Notes under the pieces: generated by a model
Seen by the model: only the letters and a program-made list of their open reading frames with translations
What the model was told of the DNA's origin: nothing
The model's database searches: none
Translations under genes and position numbers: made by a program
Source of the DNA: an uncultured Gemmatimonadales bacterium
GTDB taxonomy: Bacteria > Gemmatimonadota > Gemmatimonadetes > Gemmatimonadales > GWC2-71-9
Direction of reading: 5' to 3'
Assembly (NCBI GenBank): GCA_963779755.1
Contig: CAVZZO010000001.1
Span: 672,001 to 736,000 of the forward strand
Length of the DNA stretch: 64,000 nt
Shown: positions 57,312-64,000 of the stretch, one piece after another
Layout: each line of letters opens with the position of its first letter
Position numbering within the stretch: position 1 is the first letter of the stretch

Positions 57312-58961
57312 TCAGTCGGCGGACTCCGCCGGCCGGGCCGGCACATCGGCCTCCGCCCCGACGGCGCGGAACCGTTGCGCGGCCTCGGCCGCTTCGCCGT
57401 GGCGTCCCTGCGCCTCCAGCGCGAGCGCCAGCCCGTGCAACGACCAGCCGTTGTCGGGGAAGCGCTGCAGGTCCTCCCGGAACACCCGCTCCGCCGCCCG
57501 GGGCTGGTCCGCCGCCAGCAGAACCCGGCCCAACTCCTGGCGCACGGGGATGGTCCAGTCCGGCGGCTCGCCGTAGGTGAGCGCGTCCTCCCGCCGCGCC
57601 GCTTCGCGCAGGTGCGACTCGGCCGCAGGCCACTCCGCCCGCGCGGCGGCGATGTGGCCTGCGAGTACCTCGTCCGCGATGCCCAGGACGGCGCCGGAGT
57701 AGTTGAATTCCAGACGCAACGCGGCGAGGTCTGGACTGGTCGCGGCCGCATGCAGATGCGCCAGCTCGGTCTCCGCCGCGTGGGTCTTTCCCAGGGCGGC
57801 CAGCGCGCGGCCGCGCGCGTAGTGCCACATGGCGCGCGCATGCGGCAGATCCGCGGCGGGCGCCGCCGCTGCCAGAATGTCCTCCCACCGCTCGAACCGG
57901 ACCTTGAGCTGGAGGTGGCGGGTCCGGTGGTGCTGCACGAACGCCATGCCCGGCTCCCGCAGCATTTCCGGCGGCGCCAGCGTGGCCAGCCGCTCGGCCG
58001 CGCCCAGCGACTGCTCGCTGCGGCCGATCATGCTGGCGGCGAAGGCCAGGAAATCGTAGTTGTGGGGGTAATAGCCCGCGACATACACGCCGAACACGGG
58101 ATTCTGGTCCTGAATCCAGGACTCGTCCATATGCACGGCGTGCTGATTAGCGCGGATGGCCTCCGCATAGCGTCCCACCCGCACGTAGATATGGCCCGGC
58201 ATGTGGACCAGGTGCCCCGCGCCAGGCATGAGCCCGGCCAGCCGTTCGGCCGCCGCCACCGCCCGTTCGGGCTGCACCGCTTCCACCGCGTGGATATAGA
58301 AATGATTGGCGCCCGGGTGGCGGGGATCCGCCAGCATCACCGTCTCCAACTGCTCCAGCAGCTCGGTGGTGCCGGCCCGTGGCATTCCATCCCGCTGCCA
58401 GTAGTTCCAGGGACTCAGATCCATCAGGGCTTCGGCGTAGAGCGTGCGCGCTTCGGCATCGTCCGGGAAGTGGGCCACGACGTCCTTCATGCCCGCGGCG
58501 TAGGCCGAGTCCAGAGCCGCACGATGAGCCGGAGGAACGGCGAGATAGCGGCGGCTCAACGCCCCGATCAGCGCCTGCTCACCGGCGCTCGAGCGCTGCG
58601 CCACCTCCACTGCCCGCTGCAGGGCCTGGAAGGCCGCCCTGCCCGAAACCGAATCCATGGGGAGATTGATATTGGGCCCGTAAGACAGAGCCACGCCCCA
58701 GAAACACATGGCGCACCCGGGGTCGCGCCGGGCGGCTTCCTCGAATGAGCGGATGGCCTCGGCATGGTTGAAGGCGTAGTACAGCCGCAGCCCCTGGTCG
58801 AAATATTTCTGCACCAGTGAATCGTGCGTACTGACGGCGTAATGATGGTCGCCGAGATTCCCGTACAAGGGAACCGCGCGGGCGGATTCCTGTCCGTGCG
58901 CGGGCGCAGCAGTGACGGCCAGTCCGGCAAGCCAGAGCAGGGAGATGATCCGGGTTTCCAT
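57312..58961 (-). CDS. Exported TPR-repeat protein
   Basis: YAFNHAEA, HPGANHFYIH, HLVHMPGHIY, PDNGWSL. Confidence 0.88.
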   Translation of the reverse strand: METRIISLLWLAGLAVTAAPAHGQESARAVPLYGNLGDHHYAVSTHDSLVQKYFDQGLRLYYAFNHAEAIRSFEEAARRDPGCAMCFWGVALSYGPNINLPMDSVSGRAAFQALQRAVEVAQRSSAGEQALIGALSRRYLAVPPAHRAALDSAYAAGMKDVVAHFPDDAEARTLYAEALMDLSPWNYWQRDGMPRAGTTELLEQLETVMLADPRHPGANHFYIHAVEAVQPERAVAAAERLAGLMPGAGHLVHMPGHIYVRVGRYAEAIRANQHAVHMDESWIQDQNPVFGVYVAGYYPHNYDFLAFAASMIGRSEQSLGAAERLATLAPPEMLREPGMAFVQHHRTRHLQLKVRFERWEDILAAAAPAADLPHARAMWHYARGRALAALGKTHAAETELAHLHAAATSPDLAALRLEFNYSGAVLGIADEVLAGHIAAARAEWPAAESHLREAARREDALTYGEPPDWTIPVRQELGRVLLAADQPRAAERVFREDLQRFPDNGWSLHGLALALEAQGRHGEAAEAAQRFRAVGAEADVPARPAESAD

Positions 58962-59030
58962 GGCTGTCCTCCGCAGACTCAGGGGGCGGATGGGGTGTTC
59001 CCGCTCTACGCGGGTGGGCGCGCCCGGGTG

Positions 59031-59537
59031 TCAGGGGGCACGGTGGCCCCGCGGGTGACCTGTGGAGTCCGGCCTTGCCGCCGTCCCGGTTCCCAGGGTC
59101 TGCAGCCGCGCGAGCAGAACCTCCGCATCGGCTACACTGAGCAGCACGGCATAGTCCTTCGTGGTCGGGATGTACACCACCCGCCGCCGGTCGGTGAGAT
59201 ACACCAGCGCCTTCTCGCCATTGGCCAGCCGGAACCAGCCGGCGCCATAGCCCGGCAACCCGGTGCCGAACCGGCGGCTCACCGGCATCAGGCTGTCCCG
59301 CACATCCAGATCCACCAGCTCGGCGGCGCCGCCGCGCAGCTGCGCGGCCGGGATCATCCGCCCGTAGAGCCCGCCGTGGAGCCGCAGGCCGGCGGGAGAC
59401 AGCTCGAACCAGGCGCGCTGCGAAGCCCAGCCTTCGGCGGCCAGCACGGCGAGCACCACCAGCATCAGTGCGAAGATAGGCAGGAGGAGCCAGAAGGGCC
59501 TGGCGCCGGCGGGTACGATGTGAAAAACGCTGCTCAT
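59031..59537 (-). CDS. Membrane-anchored bacterial PH-domain protein
   Basis: TM helix; GTGLPGYGAGWFRL. Confidence 0.8.
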   Translation of the reverse strand: MSSVFHIVPAGARPFWLLLPIFALMLVVLAVLAAEGWASQRAWFELSPAGLRLHGGLYGRMIPAAQLRGGAAELVDLDVRDSLMPVSRRFGTGLPGYGAGWFRLANGEKALVYLTDRRRVVYIPTTKDYAVLLSVADAEVLLARLQTLGTGTAARPDSTGHPRGHRAP

Positions 59538-59606
59538 GGCGGATGCTCCGGAAGAAGAGGCATCGAGGAGCGGCCGGTCATTCCGGCCGGCAGGCCGTTG
59601 CCGGCT

Positions 59607-60086
59607 TCAGGGTTCCTGCTGGATCAGGGGCAGCAGTCGCGAGTCCTCCACGGCCGCCTGCCGATGCCCCAGCCCGGCGAGATATGCCGTATTCGACGCG
59701 AACGCGCGAAAGGCTTCGGGGCTGTGGTGGCGGACCAGCATCGCCAGATCCCACCGCTCGTGGGGAGGGCCAATGAGATAGTCGCCCCCCGAGCCCAGGA
59801 AAAGGAGCGTGCCGCCCGATGCCTCCAGGAACGGCCGGGTATGCTCTACGTAGCGCTGGTAGGCCTCGGCCCCGGAGATGGGCTCCGCCGGCGCCAGGTC
59901 CGGTGCGGCGGAATAATCGGCCGTCGCACGGAAGCGCAGCAGGTTCAGCATCACGACCGGCCCGGTGATGCCGCGGGTGAAATACTTCCGTCCGGCTTCC
60001 TGAGTGGGTTCCTCCCTCCGCTGTCGGCGAAGTGGCCGGAATAGACCAACGGTGCCGGTGCCATGGGCGCCCCCCTCGCCTCGCAC
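59607..60086 (-). CDS. DUF1330 family protein (start uncertain)
   Basis: GPVVMLNLLRFR, SGAEAY.RY, ERWDLAMLV, HRQAAVEDSRL. Confidence 0.82.
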   Translation of the reverse strand: MRGEGGAHGTGTVGLFRPLRRQRREEPTQEAGRKYFTRGITGPVVMLNLLRFRATADYSAAPDLAPAEPISGAEAYQRYVEHTRPFLEASGGTLLFLGSGGDYLIGPPHERWDLAMLVRHHSPEAFRAFASNTAYLAGLGHRQAAVEDSRLLPLIQQEP

Positions 60087-60148
60087 TGATCGCCCGCCAC
60101 CAGAACGCGTGTGCCGTCGCGTGCGCCGCGTACCAATATATTCCCCCC

Positions 60149-62083
60149 GTGCCGGTACTCGCCTTTTCCGATGTGGCCGTCGAGTTCGGGGCCACGGCCC
60201 TGCTCCGCGACGTCAATTTCTCCGTCAGTGCGGGGGAACGCTGGGGTGTGGTGGGCCGGAACGGCGCCGGCAAGACCACACTCTTCCGGCTGGCCACTGG
60301 CGCGGTCGAGCCCAGCCGGGGCGTGGTGGTGCGGGAGCCCGGCCTGCGCGTGTCGCTGCTCGATCAGGACCGCGACCTGGGCGGCGCCGGCACCGTCTGG
60401 GAGGCGGCGGCCATCGGCTACCGGGACCTGCTGCGGCTGGAACAGCGGCTGGAGCGGGACGCCGGCCGCATCGCCGGCCTGGGCGATGCCGTCACGCCGG
60501 AAGACCTGAACGCCTACGGCCACGATCTGGAGCGTTTCCAGCATGCCGGCGGCTACGAGTTTCATGCCCGGGTGGATGCGGTGCTGCAGGGTGTCGGCTT
60601 CGACCCCGAGGAGGCCCGGCTCCGGCGGCTCGAGACCCTCTCCGGCGGCGAACGCGGGCGGGTGGGGCTGGCCGCGCAGCTGGCCGCGCCGGCCGACCTG
60701 GTCCTGCTGGATGAGCCCACCAATCATCTCGACCTCGCCACCATCGACTGGCTCACCCGCTATCTGGGACAGCTGGGAGAGACCGTTCTGGTGATCAGCC
60801 ACGACCGCGCGTTCCTCGACGAAACGGTTGACCATGTGCTGCACGTGGCGGAGGGAACGGCGACCCCCTACCGGGGCGGCTACTCCGGCTTTGTCAGGCA
60901 GCGGGCCGAACGGGTGCTGGCGCTGGAGCGCCAGGTGAACGAGCAGCGGCGGATGATCGCGCGGGAAGAGGACTACATCCGCCGCAATATCGCGGGCGGC
61001 AACAGCGCGCAGGCGAAAGGACGCCGCGCCCGGCTGGCGCGCCTGCCTCGCCTCTCGGCGCCGCCGGCCGACGCCGACGCCATGGCCCTGCGCCTCACCC
61101 CTGCCGAGCGGGGCGGCGACCAGGTCATGGTGATCGACCGCCTGGGCGTGCAGGCCGGGGAACGCCGGCTGGTGCGGGACTTCAGCGCCGTCGTGCGTCG
61201 GGGCGACATCATCGCCCTGGTGGGGGCCAATGGGGCCGGGAAGACTACCCTCCTGGCGACGCTCCTGGGCGAGCGGCCGCCCGAATCCGGCAGTGTCCGC
61301 CTCGGCGCGGGGGTTTCTACCGCGTGGTTCCGGCAGGATCTGGCCCAGGTGCCCGACCACGGCACGCTGTATGACAGCATTGCCGAGCTGCGGCCTGCCT
61401 GGGGACGCGGCCCCGTCCAGGCGCTGCTGGGCCGGTTCGGTTTCACCGGCGCTGCGGTGCAGCGAATGGTTCCCACCCTGAGTGGGGGCGAGCGGGCCCG
61501 GCTGGCCCTGGCCCTGCTCACGCTCTCGCGCGCCAACCTCCTGGTGCTGGACGAGCCCACCAATCACCTGGATGTCGAGTCCATCGAAGCGCTGGAGGAT
61601 GCGCTGGACGAGTACGACGGCAGCGTGATCGTGGTGAGCCACGATCGCGCCTTCCTGCGGGAGCTGGCCCGGCGGGTCTGGGCGCTGGAAGAGGGGCGCA
61701 TCCTGGACTACGGGGGCACCTTCGCGGAATGGGAAGCCCATGCGGCCGCGCGGGACGCCGACCGTGCCGGGAAAGCGGCGGAAGCCTCCGCGGCGAAGCG
61801 GGTCTCGGACCGGGCGGAGCGGAAGGATGCTGCCGCCGCCCGCCGGGCCGAAGCCGAAGCCGGGCGTCTGGCGCGCCGGGAAGTGAAGGCGCTGGAGGCC
61901 GAGGCCCACCAGTGGCAGGAGAGGGTGGCCGGTCTCCAGTCCGCCCTGGCCGATCCCGCGCTCTATGCTGGAAGCCCGGAGGGCGCCCGCGAAGCGGGAC
62001 GGCTCAATCAGGCGCTGAGAGCTGCCCGGGAGGAGCTGGACCAGGCACTGGCCCGGTGGGCCAGCGCCGCGGAGCGACTATAA
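60149..62083 (+). CDS. ABC-F family ATP-binding protein (Uup-like)
   Basis: Two ABC domains (GRNGAGKTT / GANGAGKTT, LSGGE, DEPTNHLD). Confidence 0.94.
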   Translation: MPVLAFSDVAVEFGATALLRDVNFSVSAGERWGVVGRNGAGKTTLFRLATGAVEPSRGVVVREPGLRVSLLDQDRDLGGAGTVWEAAAIGYRDLLRLEQRLERDAGRIAGLGDAVTPEDLNAYGHDLERFQHAGGYEFHARVDAVLQGVGFDPEEARLRRLETLSGGERGRVGLAAQLAAPADLVLLDEPTNHLDLATIDWLTRYLGQLGETVLVISHDRAFLDETVDHVLHVAEGTATPYRGGYSGFVRQRAERVLALERQVNEQRRMIAREEDYIRRNIAGGNSAQAKGRRARLARLPRLSAPPADADAMALRLTPAERGGDQVMVIDRLGVQAGERRLVRDFSAVVRRGDIIALVGANGAGKTTLLATLLGERPPESGSVRLGAGVSTAWFRQDLAQVPDHGTLYDSIAELRPAWGRGPVQALLGRFGFTGAAVQRMVPTLSGGERARLALALLTLSRANLLVLDEPTNHLDVESIEALEDALDEYDGSVIVVSHDRAFLRELARRVWALEEGRILDYGGTFAEWEAHAAARDADRAGKAAEASAAKRVSDRAERKDAAAARRAEAEAGRLARREVKALEAEAHQWQERVAGLQSALADPALYAGSPEGAREAGRLNQALRAAREELDQALARWASAAERL

Positions 62084-62156
62084 GTATTAGCGAGGAGTCA
62101 GGAGCCGGTCGTCAGAGCCCCCCCGGGTCCTGAATCCTGACCTGTCTCCTCCTCCC

Positions 62157-62693
62157 TCAGGCCTCCGGCGCCGCTCCCTGCCAGGCCGGCCGCACCTCGC
62201 CCGTCTGATCCTTCTGGTAGAATCCCAGATCCTGGCCGGTGAACTGCTTCACCAGAAGCAGAATCTGCCCGGTGTGGGTGGCAAAGTGCTCCACGGCGTG
62301 ATACACCGCCCGCATGATCATGACCTCGCGGCCCTGGATCTGCCTTCGCTCGAGGAGACTCGCCGGGTCGAGGCTTTGCAGGACCTTGGCCGCCTCCTCC
62401 ACCGCCGAGGAGAGGCGAGTGAGCAGTTCCTCGCCTGGGGGGCCACCTCGAGCATCGAATTCCTCCTGCCGTGCTCGCCGGTCGGTCTCGCCACCCAGGC
62501 CGCTCAGCACCCACTGCCGCAGATTGCCGGTGAGGTGGAGCAGGAGATTCCCGATGCTGTTGGAGGCTTCGTGGGGCCTCCACCAGATCTCCTCTTCGCT
62601 GAGATCCGCGACGGCACGGCGGATCTTGGGCAGGTATTCGTCGGTCAGGTAATACCTGGAGAGGTCCAGGAACTGGCGGCCGGTCTCAGGCAT
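62157..62693 (-). CDS. DinB/DUF1572-like protein
   Basis: SNSIGNLLLHLTGN, HAVEHFATHTGQI. Confidence 0.88.
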   Translation of the reverse strand: MPETGRQFLDLSRYYLTDEYLPKIRRAVADLSEEEIWWRPHEASNSIGNLLLHLTGNLRQWVLSGLGGETDRRARQEEFDARGGPPGEELLTRLSSAVEEAAKVLQSLDPASLLERRQIQGREVMIMRAVYHAVEHFATHTGQILLLVKQFTGQDLGFYQKDQTGEVRPAWQGAAPEA

Positions 62694-62737
62694 GGCGCGT
62701 CCCTCCGAATGGTTTCTCGTCTGCACTAATGCCGCAT

Positions 62738-63376
62738 TCAGCGGCGATAGGCAACCAGCAGCCCATCACGAATCGGTACCAGCGAGCCAATCCAGTTCGG
62801 CGAGTCCATGACGGCGCGTGTGAGCGCCCGCACACCTTCCGTAGCTGGCGAGTGGTCGCTCTCATCAAAGATTCGTCCGCTCCAGAGCAGGTTGTCGACG
62901 ACCAGCACGCCACCCGGGCGCAGCTTTTCTTCGATCACCGGCAGGGAGTCAGGGTAGCCTTCCTTATTGATGTCGTTGAAGACCAGGTCCCAGGGGCCGG
63001 TGCTCTGGCGCAGGGCCTCGACCGCCTCGCCTACGTGGTAGCGGACGAAGGCTCCCAGCCCCAGGGCCTCGAGGTGTCCCCGGGCTTCCCGCGAAAGCTC
63101 CTCGTCCCAGACCACGTGGTGGACCACGCCGCCCCCGTTCTCCCGGACCGCCCGGGCGAACCAGGCGGTGGAATAGCCGAAACCGGAGCCCAGCTCATAG
63201 ATCCGGCGGGCACTCGCCATCCGGGCAATCAGGTAGCAGAGGTGGCCGCACGCGGGGCCGATGATGGGAAAGTCGGTCGTCCGGGCGCGCTCCTCCATCC
63301 GGACCATCTCCGGCGGACGAGGCGGCACCAGTCCATCCAGGTAATCGCGCAGCCGGTCGGGCAGCAGGTCTTCCAT
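62738..63376 (-). CDS. O-methyltransferase
   Basis: ELGSGFGYS, DLVFNDINK, LRPGGVLVVDN. Confidence 0.92.
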   Translation of the reverse strand: MEDLLPDRLRDYLDGLVPPRPPEMVRMEERARTTDFPIIGPACGHLCYLIARMASARRIYELGSGFGYSTAWFARAVRENGGGVVHHVVWDEELSREARGHLEALGLGAFVRYHVGEAVEALRQSTGPWDLVFNDINKEGYPDSLPVIEEKLRPGGVLVVDNLLWSGRIFDESDHSPATEGVRALTRAVMDSPNWIGSLVPIRDGLLVAYRR

Positions 63377-63828
63377 TGCCGGCAACCTCCATCCATTCCA
63401 CGGGCAAATGCCCCGGGCCCCACTGGTGACCCGGTTATCGGGGCAATGACTCCCAACAAGTGGCCGATCCGGTAATCCAGCACAAGGGGCTCAGGTTCTC
63501 AGGTGGTGGCTTCAGATGACTCGGATTTCGTGCAGCCAACTGCATGCTGCAAATAAGTGCGCCAGGTGCCACGCCGACGCCCAATCTGCTGGCCTCCTGC
63601 AACAGAAGCCGGTCTCCTGCTGTGCTCTTGAGGCCACATGCCATGCTCGACGACGGAGCTGAAGGAACCTTAACGAACAAGTCATTCTTCCACAACATCT
63701 TACATGAGATGGACACGCTCAATGTTGTGCCGCAGCCCGGCCCGATCCCTGCACCTCGCATCGGACGGCCCCTGCTCGTGACGCAATCACGCTGTTAGAT
63801 TCTGCTGCGGTGTAGAACGGAGAACCGT

Positions 63829-64000
63829 ATGAATTTTAGAGGTCTTGCGATCCTGGCTTCTCTTGCCCTGGCCGTCGGCCTGCTCAACAGTTGCTCCGGG
63901 GCCGCTCCGACGAGCCCTGCCAACGGCACCATCCACTATGCCATCGTATCCGGCGACGGGCAGACGGGCGGTGCGGGGCTTCCCCTGTCCCAGCAACTGG
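63829..64000 (+). CDS. Ig-like lipoprotein (partial, runs off window)
   Basis: MNFRGLAIL...LNSC lipobox; SGDGQTG motif as in 26923-27915. Confidence 0.65.
   Translation, partial: MNFRGLAILASLALAVGLLNSCSGAAPTSPANGTIHYAIVSGDGQTGGAGLPLSQQL

Noticed and set aside
39541..61909. Long antisense ORFs opposite real genes (e.g. 39541-40755, 51482-53752, 59951-61909)
   Set aside because: Shadow ORFs typical of high-GC DNA; the opposite strand carries the recognisable motifs.
63400..63828. Lower-GC intergenic region with short ORFs
   Set aside because: No recognisable protein or RNA motif; likely a divergent promoter region.

Overview
High-GC bacterial window; the gene content (Ser/Thr kinase-TPR protein, Ig-like lipoproteins) suggests Gemmatimonadota, by inference. 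The left ~20 kb holds two tandem integrons, both read on the minus strand with intI co-oriented with the cassettes. Integron A has an intact intI (18807-19784), attI at ~18718 and 8 cassettes running to ~8730. These include two toxin-antitoxin cassettes and three gene-less cassettes. Integron B retains only the intI 3' end (4898-5000), attI/Pc at ~4840-4923 and a decaying array. The most notable element is an IS110/IS1111-type recombinase (12950-14788) inserted in an attC R'' box. Its 490-nt 3' non-coding end contains an exact 14-nt copy of its own predicted circle junction and a candidate target-binding loop matching the attC, i.e. a putative attC-programmed bridge/seek RNA. An orphan Rhs toxin tip plus a putative immunity gene sits with it inside the same split attC. 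A 225-bp mini derivative interrupts a second attC, and an IS30 abuts a third. The right part carries an ABC exporter, hypothetical and accessory genes, a porin-multiheme cytochrome cluster, a NapAB/NrfCD-like redox operon whose molybdoenzyme lacks the usual Mo-ligating Cys, and large arrays of ACGCAGATT-type palindromic repeats. Many frameshifts look like assembly errors.
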